A DNA stretch of 38,758 bases from a virus (IMGVR_UViG_2541047683_000001); one strand, 5' to 3'; numbered from the stretch's first letter, positions 7,365 through 16,833 are shown. Made by a program: numbers and translations. Notes: generated by a model not told the origin, from the letters alone.

Positions 7365-9775
7365 GCCATGCTGATATGAACAACTGCAGCGGCTTTAACG
7401 AGGTCGCCGCAGCATTCTCATGGAACAGCCCGAAAAAGGCCATTAACCCTTATCTGGACCCGGCGGAAGTTGCGCCGGTTTCTGCGCTTTCAAACCTGAT
7501 CACTCTGTACGCTACTGATAACGAGCAGGAACAACTGCGCCGCGAGGCACTGAGTGATCAGGTCTGGGAGCGTTATTTCTTTAATGAATCCCGTGATCCT
7601 GTCCAACGCGAAATGGAGCAGGATAAGCTCATTAGCCGGGCAAAGATGGCGCATGAGCAGCAGCGTTTTAATCCGGACATGGTCATTCTGGCCGACGTCA
7701 ACGCCCAGCCTTCCCATATCAGCAAGCCGCTGATGCAACGTATTGAATATTTCAGCAACCTGGGCAGGCCAAAGGCTTATTCCCGCTATTTGCGTGAGAC
7801 GATTAAGCCATGTCTGGAACGACTGGAGCATGTACGCGACAGCCAGCTATCTGCATCTTTTCGTTTTATGGCAAGCCATGAAGGGCTGGACGGTCTGCTG
7901 ATCCTGCCTGAAATGAGTCAGGATCAGGTGAAACGCCTGTCTACCCTTGTCGCTGCGCATATGAGCATGTGTCTTGATGCCGCTTGTGGTGATTTGTACG
8001 CCTCCGATGATGTTAAGCCAGAAGAAATCCGCAAGACATGGGAAAAGGTGGCTGCAGAAACCCTGCGACTGGATGTCATACCGCCTGCGTTTGAGCAACT
8101 CCGCCGGAAAAGAAACCGCCGCAAACCTGTGCCCTATGAACTCATTCCGGGTTCGCTGGCGCGTATGCTGTGCGCCGACTGGTGGTATCGGAAATTATGG
8201 AAGATGCGTTGCGAATGGCGGGAAGAGCAGTTGCGTGCTGTCTGCCTGGTCAGCAAAAAAGCATCTCCCTATGTCAGCTATGAAGCCGTGATGCATAAAC
8301 GTGAGCAGCGCCGTAAGTCGCTGGAGTTTTTCCGTTCTCATGAACTGGTGAACGAAGACGGCGACACGCTGAACATGGAGGATGTGGTAAACGCCAGCAG
8401 CAGCAACCCGGCGCATCGCCGCAATGAGATGATGGCCTGTGTTAAAGGCCTGGAGCTTATCGCGGAAATGCGTGGTGACTGCGCCGTTTTTTACACTATC
8501 ACCTGTCCGTCACGTTTCCATTCCACGCTAAATAACGGCAGGCCAAACCCGACCTGGACCAACGCGACAGTAAGACAAAGCAGCGATTATCTGGTCGGCA
8601 TGTTTGCTGCATTTCGTAAGGCTATGCACAAAGCCGGGTTGCGCTGGTATGGCGTGCGGGTGGCTGAGCCGCATCATGACGGCACAGTTCACTGGCACCT
8701 GTTGTGTTTCATGCGCAAAAAAGACCGCCGCGCCATTACTGCATTGTTGCGTAAGTTTGCCATCCGTGAAGACCGCGAGGAGCTGGGCAATAACACGGGG
8801 CCACGCTTTAAGTCTGAGCTGATAAACCCGCGCAAAGGAACGCCGACAAGCTACATTGCGAAATATATCAGTAAGAATATTGACGGGCGTGGTCTGGCTG
8901 GCGAGATCAGTAAGGAAACGGGTAAATCCCTGCGTGATAACGCTGAATACGTTAATGCCTGGGCGTCTCTGCATCGTGTTCAGCAATTCCGCTTCTTTGG
9001 CATTCCGGGGCGTCAGGCTTACCGTGAACTGCGATTGCTGGCTGGTCAGGCGGCAAGGCAACAGGGTGACAAAAAAGCAGGTGCGCCGGTACTGGATAAC
9101 CCGCGCCTTGATGCCATCCTGGCTGCTGCTGATGCTGGTTGTTTTGCCACCTACATCATGAAGCAGGGCGGCGTACTGGTTCCCCGCAAATATCACCTCA
9201 TCAGAACCGCTTATGAAATCAACGAAGAGCCAACCGCCTATGGCGATCACGGTATTCGTATTTATGGCATCTGGTCACCCATTGCAGAGGGCAAGATCTG
9301 CACTCATGCAGTGAAGTGGAAAATGGTTCGTAAGGCCGTTGACGTTCAGGAGGCGGCAGCCGACCAGGGCGCTTGCGCCCCTTGGACTCGTGGCAATAAC
9401 TGTCCCCTTGCTGAAAATTTGAACCAACAAGGGAAAGACAAATCAGCTGATGGGGATACCAGGACGGACATTACCCGCATGGATGACAAGGAGTTGCACG
9501 ATTACCTGCACAGTATGAGCAAAAAAGAGCGCCGGGAACTGGCAGCAAGGTTACGCCTTGTGAAACCGAAACGGCGTAAAGACTACAAACAGCGAATTAC
9601 AGATCATCAGCGACAGCAGCTCGTGTATGAACTGAAGTCCAGGGGATTTGATGGCAGCGAGAAAGAGGTCGATTTACTGCTTCGCGGCGGCAGTATTCCA
9701 TCAGGAGCAGGCCTGCGTATCTTCTATCGGAACCAGCGTTTGCAGGAAGATGATAAGTGGCGAAACCTGTATTAA
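7361..9775 (+). CDS. A: replication initiation protein (P2 gpA / 186 RepA-like rolling-circle initiator)
   Basis: 804-aa ORF; HWHLLCF HUH-type motif and YIAKYISKN tyrosine motif; ATGA overlap with dam stop. Confidence 0.9.
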   Translation: MSHADMNNCSGFNEVAAAFSWNSPKKAINPYLDPAEVAPVSALSNLITLYATDNEQEQLRREALSDQVWERYFFNESRDPVQREMEQDKLISRAKMAHEQQRFNPDMVILADVNAQPSHISKPLMQRIEYFSNLGRPKAYSRYLRETIKPCLERLEHVRDSQLSASFRFMASHEGLDGLLILPEMSQDQVKRLSTLVAAHMSMCLDAACGDLYASDDVKPEEIRKTWEKVAAETLRLDVIPPAFEQLRRKRNRRKPVPYELIPGSLARMLCADWWYRKLWKMRCEWREEQLRAVCLVSKKASPYVSYEAVMHKREQRRKSLEFFRSHELVNEDGDTLNMEDVVNASSSNPAHRRNEMMACVKGLELIAEMRGDCAVFYTITCPSRFHSTLNNGRPNPTWTNATVRQSSDYLVGMFAAFRKAMHKAGLRWYGVRVAEPHHDGTVHWHLLCFMRKKDRRAITALLRKFAIREDREELGNNTGPRFKSELINPRKGTPTSYIAKYISKNIDGRGLAGEISKETGKSLRDNAEYVNAWASLHRVQQFRFFGIPGRQAYRELRLLAGQAARQQGDKKAGAPVLDNPRLDAILAAADAGCFATYIMKQGGVLVPRKYHLIRTAYEINEEPTAYGDHGIRIYGIWSPIAEGKICTHAVKWKMVRKAVDVQEAAADQGACAPWTRGNNCPLAENLNQQGKDKSADGDTRTDITRMDDKELHDYLHSMSKKERRELAARLRLVKPKRRKDYKQRITDHQRQQLVYELKSRGFDGSEKEVDLLLRGGSIPSGAGLRIFYRNQRLQEDDKWRNLY

Positions 9776-9869
9776 TTACGCGGGTTAACAATTCGTGCTC
9801 TTAATAATACCAGGCATATCAGGCTGATGAGCATAAAAAAACGTTTTACATCAGTAAGATTATTATATA

Positions 9870-9885
9870 CTGTAAATATAAACAG
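9870..9885. promoter_or_regulatory. LexA box CTGTAAATATAAACAG overlapping a candidate promoter
   Basis: Perfect CTGT-N8-ACAG with AT-rich spacer (TACTGTAAATATAAACAGTG), about 45 bp upstream of the ATG at 9928; weaker half-site follows. Confidence 0.7.
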
Positions 9886-9927
9886 TGGTTATGTATACAG
9901 TATTGCTTTGGTGTCATAGGAGGAAAG

Positions 9928-10116
9928 ATGCAGGACTATTTTTTGGAGTCTTTGAAGCTCCAGCGCATTGATTTTTTTCTTAAGCTTGTAGCGGCTAGTG
10001 AGTGTAGTGATGAAGAGAAGGGGCTGGCCCTGCAGTGGGTTTCTGAACTGACAGATGAACTTATGGCAAAAATCAGAACCCACGAATACAATCGCTCAAT
10101 GGATGTCATCAGCTGA
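9928..10116 (+). CDS. hypothetical small protein, first gene of putative SOS-controlled operon
   Basis: 62-aa ORF with AGGAGG RBS 4 nt upstream, downstream of LexA box. Confidence 0.55.
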   Translation: MQDYFLESLKLQRIDFFLKLVAASECSDEEKGLALQWVSELTDELMAKIRTHEYNRSMDVIS

Positions 10117-10126
10117 GGTGACCTTT

Positions 10127-10360
10127 ATGCGCATTGAAATAATGATCGATAAAGAGCAGAAGATTAGCCAGTCTACCCTGGACGCCCTTGAATCCGAGCT
10201 TTACCGCAATCTGCGCCCCCTGTATCCCAAAACGGTAATTCGCATCCGCAAAGGTAGCTCTAACGGTGTGGAACTGACCGGACTGCAACTGGACGAAGAA
10301 AGAAAACAAGTGATGAAAATTATGCAGAAGGTGTGGGAAGACGACAGCTGGCTGCATTAA
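10127..10360 (+). CDS. DinI-like damage-inducible protein
   Basis: 77 aa MRIEIMIDKEQKIS...VWEDDSWLH, DinI-like from N- to C-terminus; GAGGTG RBS; track ORF 10055 has an upstream extension without RBS. Confidence 0.75.
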   Translation: MRIEIMIDKEQKISQSTLDALESELYRNLRPLYPKTVIRIRKGSSNGVELTGLQLDEERKQVMKIMQKVWEDDSWLH

Positions 10361-10519
10361 GAAAAGTTGCTGGCGTCTGAACTTGGTTCTGGCGTCAGCA
10401 AGGTTGAACAACGAGTACAGTGAGGCGTTAGGTGTGGCGTTTATTTGATGAGTGAACGCCCGTTCTGCGACAGGTTCGGAGATTAAGGTTGAAACTACGG
10501 GCAAAATACCATCTTTTTC

Positions 10520-10945
10520 CTACTTAATTGAGTCCAGTAACAAGTTACAGTTACTCTCATTGTAGAGAGAACGAGCAATTAGTGTTACCTGCTTTCCATT
10601 CATTCCCGGCTTATCCCATAACACAGCTTCTTGCGACGCCACAAATTCAGCATAATCAATTATGCGTTGTTCGTGATCTGGTTCCTCATAGCCAAAGTAT
10701 GAGAGCGCATCGTTGTAAGCGTGGTAAGCTGCTTTCTGTAATATCTTGATATCGGCTGTAGGTACTTGCTCCGTGTAGCTAGGATCTAATTGTGTGCTAC
10801 TGCCATAGAATGCACATGAAAGGTAAGATATTGATTTCTGTTGAGCTTTAGTTCCTTTCTCATAGTTTTTAGCTGTTACCGCCTGAACTGGGACGCTAAC
10901 AAAGCTTGCAACCAGAATTAAAATTAATACGTAAAAGCTTTTCAT
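10520..10945 (-). CDS. hypothetical secreted protein (moron-like cargo)
   Basis: N-terminal Sec signal peptide MKSFYVLILILVASFVSVPVQA; GAGG RBS; visibly AT-rich; opposite strand to neighbours. Confidence 0.65.
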   Translation of the reverse strand: MKSFYVLILILVASFVSVPVQAVTAKNYEKGTKAQQKSISYLSCAFYGSSTQLDPSYTEQVPTADIKILQKAAYHAYNDALSYFGYEEPDHEQRIIDYAEFVASQEAVLWDKPGMNGKQVTLIARSLYNESNCNLLLDSIK

Positions 10946-11218
10946 TTTGACCTCAGCCGAAACGTTAGAGAGACTATCGAAATTTGTAAAACCCGTGGCG
11001 ATTCAGTTTGAGATCCTCCCCCTTACATGATTTTTAATCAAATATATGCTTTTGTAAGCATACCTGTTAACCGAATTATTTATTTTTAGAGATCTTCCGA
11101 CATACTGATTATGCCCGCTGAGGAGTTCACCTTGCGTAAAGTCCGATTCGCTTTACTCGTCTGTGCATGTCTATGCTGCATGAGATTGCATGATCGTTTG
11201 AGGATCGTTTTTGCTAAG

Positions 11219-11243
11219 GCCCGCCAGAACTGGCGGGCTTTTG
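11219..11243 (+). terminator. rho-independent terminator-like hairpin
   Basis: GCCCGCC(agaact)GGCGGGC followed by TTTTG. Confidence 0.5.
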
Positions 11244-11287
11244 CGTAGATCATGCACCTGCATGAAAACCACTACATAAAGCGGGCA

Positions 11288-11306
11288 GGCGTGGCGGGGA
11301 TACGAG
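11288..11306. other. cos: candidate cos cohesive-end site GGCGTGGCGGGGATACGAG
   Basis: First 13 nt match my recollection of the P2/186 19-nt cohesive end (GGCG.GGCGGGGA...); lies between A and Q as expected; recollection of the cos sequence is uncertain. Confidence 0.3.
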
Positions 11307-11382
11307 CGCGCGGTTTGACTGAAAAGTTATGATAAATCACAATTAGGTCTAGTTAGCATTTTTTCTTTTCATGGAGACAACT

Positions 11383-11883
11383 ATGGAACAGGATTATATA
11401 GATCGTGGCTTTGGTTTATGGTCAAAACCTGGTGTCCCGCGTAAGGGATGGGTAAACGTAGGAGTGGAAGACCTAGAAGAAAGTCGAAAAATTTGTGATA
11501 TGTGTGGGAAAACAGAGATAAGGTATGTCCACATAATGTCACATGAGAATTACCCAGATTACTTAGAGGTAGGGTGCATATGCGCTGGTCACTTGGAGAA
11601 TGATTATGATTCTCCAAGAAAACGAGAAAGTGAAATTAAAAGTCGATCAGCCAAAAGAAAAAGATGGTGTAACTTACCTTGGAAAATATCTAAAAAAAAT
11701 CAATTTTACATAAAAAAAGATGGATATAGCATCATCATTCTCGACAAGGGTGATTATTTTATGGGAATGATAGTTGACGAGAGAACGCAAATTAAATATT
11801 GGACTAGAGAATGTAAAGATACTAACGAGGCGAAATTACTTTCATTCGATAGAATAACAGCGCTAATGGCAAGCTCTAAATAA
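11383..11883 (+). CDS. zinc-ribbon-like protein, first gene of a two-gene accessory cassette
   Basis: ATG 11383 with GGAGA upstream (track ORF starts 11371); cysteine cluster CDMCGK...VGCICAGH; lysine/arginine-rich tail; AT-rich. Confidence 0.65.
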   Translation: MEQDYIDRGFGLWSKPGVPRKGWVNVGVEDLEESRKICDMCGKTEIRYVHIMSHENYPDYLEVGCICAGHLENDYDSPRKRESEIKSRSAKRKRWCNLPWKISKKNQFYIKKDGYSIIILDKGDYFMGMIVDERTQIKYWTRECKDTNEAKLLSFDRITALMASSK

Positions 11884-11899
11884 TTTTAGGATTAATTAA

Positions 11900-13030
11900 A
11901 TGTATAATGTTGTATTGGATACAAACATACTCCATGCGGAAGGTATTCACTCACGAGGTATGGCAACTCTTAAAAAGTTAATAGATGAAGGCATTGTTAA
12001 AGTTCATTTGCCTGAACTAGTCGTGAGAGAATTTTCCACGAAAAAAATCACCGTAATAAATGAAGCCTATAATAAGGCGATTAATATTTTAAGAGGCACT
12101 GAACGCGAAGCAAGAGGATCCGAAGAGTCGATACTGCGAGATATTGATGAACTAAAAAACATCATAGACGACAAAGTGAAAGTACTTGATGAAAAAATTA
12201 ATGGTGCAGTTAGGCAATGGATTCAGGATTTTCGAATAAATATTATCCCGTTACATAGTGAATTTACATCAACTGTTTTTGAGAACTATTTTTGTGGCAA
12301 TGGTGTTTTTAAATCGAAAAAATCAAGAGAAGACATACCAGATGCTTTCATTAGCCTCAGTATCGAAAAGTTGCATGATGAAGTCGGTGAATTAATGGTT
12401 GTACTCAAGGATGCGTTGTTTAGAAAGCATTTGTCTGGCTTGGATGGGGTAAAAGTTTATGATAGCTTAGATGAACTTTTCCAATTGCCTAACATTAGAG
12501 CCAGTTTAGAAAATGAAGCCGCATCCTCTTTTTTGACATCAAGTTTATTCAGAACAGCGTTAGAAAACTTCTTACAGCAGAAACCGAATTATTTCGAAGG
12601 ATTCTATCTTGAGATTACTGAGGGAACAGAACTGCTTGCTGATTGGGTTATTGGTGCACATACCGAAATCAACGATTATGGACAAGTAAAGGATATTACA
12701 ATAAGTGATGTAATCAGAAAATCTGAAAGTAACTATTCAGCAAAAATTTCTTTTAAATTGGACTCTAATATCTCTTATGTAACGGATTACGGTGAAGTGC
12801 TTAAAATAGAGAGAGATAAAAACAGAAGCGCGGATTGTTGGAGTATGACAGGTGATGGCATGTGCGATCTTAATGAAAATGTGAATTTAACCTTGGAAGG
12901 TGACTTAAGTATTACCTTTCAAGGTGATTTCAATACATTGAAAAAAGAAGAATCCGAAACTTATTTGAATGAAAATGTTATTGTTATGACAATAAGTTTA
13001 TATGAGGCTATTATAGACAAAGTTCTTTGA
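11900..13030 (+). CDS. PIN-like domain protein, second gene of the cassette
   Basis: 376 aa; N-terminus MYNVVLDTNIL typical of PIN-fold first acidic residue, later EDIPDAF; AGGA RBS; 17 bp after upstream gene; AT-rich. Confidence 0.7.
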   Translation: MYNVVLDTNILHAEGIHSRGMATLKKLIDEGIVKVHLPELVVREFSTKKITVINEAYNKAINILRGTEREARGSEESILRDIDELKNIIDDKVKVLDEKINGAVRQWIQDFRINIIPLHSEFTSTVFENYFCGNGVFKSKKSREDIPDAFISLSIEKLHDEVGELMVVLKDALFRKHLSGLDGVKVYDSLDELFQLPNIRASLENEAASSFLTSSLFRTALENFLQQKPNYFEGFYLEITEGTELLADWVIGAHTEINDYGQVKDITISDVIRKSESNYSAKISFKLDSNISYVTDYGEVLKIERDKNRSADCWSMTGDGMCDLNENVNLTLEGDLSITFQGDFNTLKKEESETYLNENVIVMTISLYEAIIDKVL

Positions 13031-13033
13031 TTT

Positions 13034-13060
13034 AAAAGAGGCGGTTTTTCGCCTCTTTTT
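13034..13060. terminator. bidirectional rho-independent terminator between PIN-like gene and portal gene
   Basis: AAAGAGGCG(gttttt)CGCCTCTTTTT with A-run upstream and T-run downstream. Confidence 0.7.
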
Positions 13061-13065
13061 ATTAT

Positions 13066-14094
13066 CTAAATAGTGTAATTCCCAAATTTTATTATTTCAA
13101 TATCTGCCCAATTATTTAATTCTGTTAATCTTTTCTGCAGTGGTGATAGTTCATTACGCACAAATACATTTGCGGCCTTCTCCACATCCCCAAATCCTCC
13201 AACATTATTAGGCATAATCCCCATCATTTGCGGCGGCACGCGGTGCGCAGCCATCATGTCGTCGCGGCTGACATTTTTGATATTCAGAAATTCATCCTTC
13301 GCCGCGACTTCTGACAACGGGATAATCTGAAGACCATCCTTTTTGCCGTTAGGTGAGTACATAAACAGGTTGCGGAAGTTGCCTGGACCTTTGGCGCTTT
13401 TCATCGCATTGCGGAGGTTGTTCACATCCTCCTGGTTCTGCGCGGCATCGGTCATGTACATGATGAAGCCTGCATGACTGCCGTTAATGTAATACTTCCG
13501 GCGGAACAGCGTGGCGGACTCGTTGAGCAGGGCTGACGGAATGGCAGAAAGATAGCCGGGCAGGCCGTAGATCTCCTGGTTAATGTCCGGTTCCATCAGA
13601 TGAAAAATGCTGCCTTTCGTGAACTGATACGGCTGGGTTGTCATACCGTATTGCACAAACCAGTAGGTATCCAGGTCTAACCCGCGTCGGGTGTATTTTG
13701 CCAGAGCAGGCTCAAGGGCGATAACTTCACCGAAGCGGTTCGTGCGTTTCTCCAGGTAGGCGTTACCAAATACCAGATAGTCCTGCACAAAACGTGAAAA
13801 AGCCTGCTGGCTGAGCAGCGGGTGAGGGATGTAGGTACTGGTCAGAATGTTGCATTTCACCGCAATTGGTGAACTGTGATGCACGGCAGCGCGGAAGGTG
13901 CGCGCCAGTCCGTCAAAGCTTACTGGCGGTTCATACCAGCGATCTGTCTGTACGCATTCCACATAGTCCAGCAGTTCACGGCGGTCCAGAACAGGAACGG
14001 GATCGCCAAAGCTGAATGTTTCGGCTGAAGTCTGGCTTTTATGCTGAATCTGGGGCGTCGACGCAGTGCGGCTCTTCTTACTCTTTCCCATCAA
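13066..14094 (-). CDS. Q: portal protein (P2 gpQ-like)
   Basis: 342-aa ORF upstream-adjacent to terminase in P2 order; P2 gpQ-like sequence and length. Confidence 0.9.
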   Translation of the reverse strand: MMGKSKKSRTASTPQIQHKSQTSAETFSFGDPVPVLDRRELLDYVECVQTDRWYEPPVSFDGLARTFRAAVHHSSPIAVKCNILTSTYIPHPLLSQQAFSRFVQDYLVFGNAYLEKRTNRFGEVIALEPALAKYTRRGLDLDTYWFVQYGMTTQPYQFTKGSIFHLMEPDINQEIYGLPGYLSAIPSALLNESATLFRRKYYINGSHAGFIMYMTDAAQNQEDVNNLRNAMKSAKGPGNFRNLFMYSPNGKKDGLQIIPLSEVAAKDEFLNIKNVSRDDMMAAHRVPPQMMGIMPNNVGGFGDVEKAANVFVRNELSPLQKRLTELNNWADIEIIKFGNYTI

Positions 14095-15857
14095 AAAATC
14101 TCCACAATATTGCTGGTATTGGCGGACTCGCCCTGCAGCGGTTCGTTAAACAGTGCGTGCATTGTTGCCCAGGCCAGATCGGCATGGCTGGCTTCTTCGC
14201 TGCGGCTGGCTTCATAGGTTGGGCGGTTGCCGCTGGCGGTGGTGGCGCGACGGATTGCCATAAATGACTGCGCTATGTCGGTGTGTCCGGCGTCAAACTC
14301 CAGACGACGGTGACTGATAATGTCGTAGGCCTTGAGTACCAGGGCGTTTTTAACGTTGGGGTTGTAGACAAACTCCCGGACGGCTGGAAAAAACGCTTTC
14401 ACGTTCTCGTAAACCCCGTGGCCGACACCTGTCGAGTCGATGCCGATGTAGGTCACGTTGTATTGCTCGGTCAGTTTTTTGATGGCGTCAGCCTGGGCGC
14501 GGAAGTCCATCCCGCGCCACTGGTGACGCTCAAGAATGCGGAACTTACCGCCCGGCACGGCTGGCGGTGCCACCACCACGCACCCGGCGCTGTCGCCGTT
14601 TTGCGTACCTTTTGCCGGGTCATAACCGATCCACACTTCGCGCCAGCCAAACGGGCGCAGGGCCAGTGCATGAAAGTCGGTCCAGACTTCCCAGCTGTCC
14701 ACCATGCACGCCTGCAGTTCGCTGAGCGGGAACACGGACGCGAGATCGTCCACGAACTCGCACATCAGCAGGTTCTGGTATTCGTCCGGGCTGTACTCCA
14801 TGCGTAGCTGGTCGAGGTCGAACAGGTTACAGCCGCCGCGCACCGCATCTTCCACGGTGACTATCTGGCGGTATTGCCCGTCTGCGCACAGCAGGCCGGG
14901 GGCCAAATTGCTGTGGGACAGGTCGATGTCCACCTTGTCAGCTTTGTTGCGTCCACGGTTGAACAGCGCACCGGACCAGAACGGATAAGCACTGTGGGTC
15001 AGGCTGGATGGCGTGGAAAAATAGGTTTGTCGCCATTTTTTGTGAATAGCCATCCCGGAAGCCACTTTGCGCAGCTCCTGGAATTTCGGTATCCAGAAAT
15101 ATTCATCCAGATACAGGTTGCCGTGATAACTCTGGGCCGTGCGGGCATTGGTGCCGAGGAAGTAAAGCGTGGCTCCGTTAGGAAGCACCATCGGATCGCC
15201 TTTTAGCTCCACCTCGACTTCTTTGGCGAAGTCGATGATGTATTGTTTAAAGACGTGGGCCTGAGCCTTACTGGCAGAAAGGAAAATCTGGTTACGTCCG
15301 GTAAGCAGGGCGTCAATCAGGGCTTCACGGGCAAAATAGAAGGTCGCGCCGATCTGGCGTGACTTCAGCAGGTTGCGGATGCGGTTGGTTTTTCCGGCTT
15401 CCCACCAGTGGCGCTGGTAGTTGAACATGGAGGAATGGAAGATTTCTTCCAGCTTCTCAATCTGCTCATCGGTGAAAACATTCTTTTCCGGCTGACGGCG
15501 TGGGCCTTTATTGCGGTTGGCGACGTTAGGGTTTAAGTCGGCTTCGTTGCCGCCATTGTTAAACTTGCCGATCCGCGCGTGGCGCTCAGACTGGCGCGCC
15601 AGCAGGTCAATCTCTTTGAAATCTTTCCCTTCTTTGTGCTCCTTCATAATGAGCTGGCAGTAGCGTGCGGCGGTGGTGAGCTGCATCTGATCCAGCGGCC
15701 CATAGTCACCCCACTTGTCGCGTTTTTTCCAGCTGTGAACGGTTGCAACTTTCTCGCCCAGCATTTCAGCAATGCGGGCTACGCGGTATCCCTGAAAGTA
15801 CAGCAGCATGGCCTGCCGACGGGGATCGAGATCTGCGGGTGTCAGTGTGGTGTTCAT
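14091..15857 (-). CDS. P: terminase large (ATPase) subunit (P2 gpP-like)
   Basis: 588-aa ORF; P2 gpP-like length and sequence; overlaps Q start. Confidence 0.95.
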   Translation of the reverse strand: MNTTLTPADLDPRRQAMLLYFQGYRVARIAEMLGEKVATVHSWKKRDKWGDYGPLDQMQLTTAARYCQLIMKEHKEGKDFKEIDLLARQSERHARIGKFNNGGNEADLNPNVANRNKGPRRQPEKNVFTDEQIEKLEEIFHSSMFNYQRHWWEAGKTNRIRNLLKSRQIGATFYFAREALIDALLTGRNQIFLSASKAQAHVFKQYIIDFAKEVEVELKGDPMVLPNGATLYFLGTNARTAQSYHGNLYLDEYFWIPKFQELRKVASGMAIHKKWRQTYFSTPSSLTHSAYPFWSGALFNRGRNKADKVDIDLSHSNLAPGLLCADGQYRQIVTVEDAVRGGCNLFDLDQLRMEYSPDEYQNLLMCEFVDDLASVFPLSELQACMVDSWEVWTDFHALALRPFGWREVWIGYDPAKGTQNGDSAGCVVVAPPAVPGGKFRILERHQWRGMDFRAQADAIKKLTEQYNVTYIGIDSTGVGHGVYENVKAFFPAVREFVYNPNVKNALVLKAYDIISHRRLEFDAGHTDIAQSFMAIRRATTASGNRPTYEASRSEEASHADLAWATMHALFNEPLQGESANTSNIVEIF

Positions 15858-15903
15858 GGCACAAACCTACAGCCTTGAATGAAGGCTTTCCCCGCCTGCG
15901 GTT

Positions 15904-15921
15904 TGTGTGGTTGTCGGTACA
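15904..15921. promoter_or_regulatory. Ogr-type late activator site TGTGTGGTTGTCGGTACA in divergent P/O promoter region
   Basis: TGT-N12-ACA dyad in the 142-bp P/O intergenic region; near-identical dyads at 22340 and 28663. Confidence 0.55.
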
Positions 15922-15999
15922 AATACCGCGCATTGTTTCACTGCCCCCATCACCGCAACCATAAGGCTCCAGTAAGTTTTTTCTAACGGAGCACGGCTC

Positions 16000-16833
16000 A
16001 TGACAGTGAAAGCAAAGCGTTTTCGCATCGGGGTGGAAGGTGCCACCACCGACGGACGCGAAATCCAGCGTGAATGGCTGGAACAGATGGCAGCCAGCTA
16101 CAACCCGGCGGTTTACACCGCGCTGATTAACCTTGAGCACATCAAGTCTTATCTGCCGGACAGCACCTTTAACCGCTACGGCAAGGTGACGGCGCTGTTT
16201 GCTGAAGAAATCACGGAAGGTCCGCTGGCAGGCAAGATGGCGCTGTATGCCGACGTTGAGCCCACGGAGTCCCTGGTGGAGCTGGTGAAAAAAGGCCAGA
16301 AATTATTCACCTCTATGGAAGTCAGCCCGAAGTTCGCTGATACGGGCAAAGCCTACCTGGTCGGCCTGGCTGCCACTGATGACCCTGCCAGTCTGGGCAC
16401 TGAAATGCTGACATTCAGCGCCAGTGCAGCCCATAACCCGCTGGCAAACCGCAAGCAGAATCCCGCCAATCTTTTTACCGCTGCAGAGGAAACGGTGATC
16501 GAACTGGAAGAAATCCAGGATGACAAACCGTCCCTGTTTGCCCGTGTCACGGCGCTGTTCACCAAAAAAGAGCAGTCCGATGACGCCCGGTTCTCTGATG
16601 TGCATAAGGCCGTGGAACTGGTCGCCACTGAGCAGCAGAACCTGAGTGCGCGCACCGAAAAATCCCTGTCTGAGCAGGAAGAACGCCTGTCTGAGCTGGA
16701 GACTGCCCTGCTGGCACAGCAGACCGCCTTTAACGAACTGGTGGACAAGCTGAGCCAAGAAGACAGCCGCCAGGACTACCGCCAGCGTGCAACAGGCGGT
16801 AACGCCCCCGCTGACACTCTGACCAATTGCTGA
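16000..16833 (+). CDS. O: capsid scaffolding protein (P2 gpO-like)
   Basis: FRIGVEG...DGR...INLEH...YLVGLAATDDPASLGTE matches gpO family. Confidence 0.9.
   Translation: MTVKAKRFRIGVEGATTDGREIQREWLEQMAASYNPAVYTALINLEHIKSYLPDSTFNRYGKVTALFAEEITEGPLAGKMALYADVEPTESLVELVKKGQKLFTSMEVSPKFADTGKAYLVGLAATDDPASLGTEMLTFSASAAHNPLANRKQNPANLFTAAEETVIELEEIQDDKPSLFARVTALFTKKEQSDDARFSDVHKAVELVATEQQNLSARTEKSLSEQEERLSELETALLAQQTAFNELVDKLSQEDSRQDYRQRATGGNAPADTLTNC

Noticed and set aside
8528-9250. 240-aa minus-strand ORF (and several shorter ones) inside replication gene A
   Set aside because: Antisense shadow ORFs within a well-supported, GC-rich coding region; no RBS and non-protein-like composition
11112-11249. 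45-aa plus-strand ORF upstream of the 11219 terminator
   Set aside because: No RBS and poor protein-like sequence (Cys/Leu-rich); the transcript, if any, is more likely non-coding
13066-13150. AT-rich 3' end of portal gene as evidence of a chimeric Q C-terminus
   Set aside because: Composition shift is visible but the C-terminal peptide still looks like the gpQ family in length and character; cannot be supported without alignment
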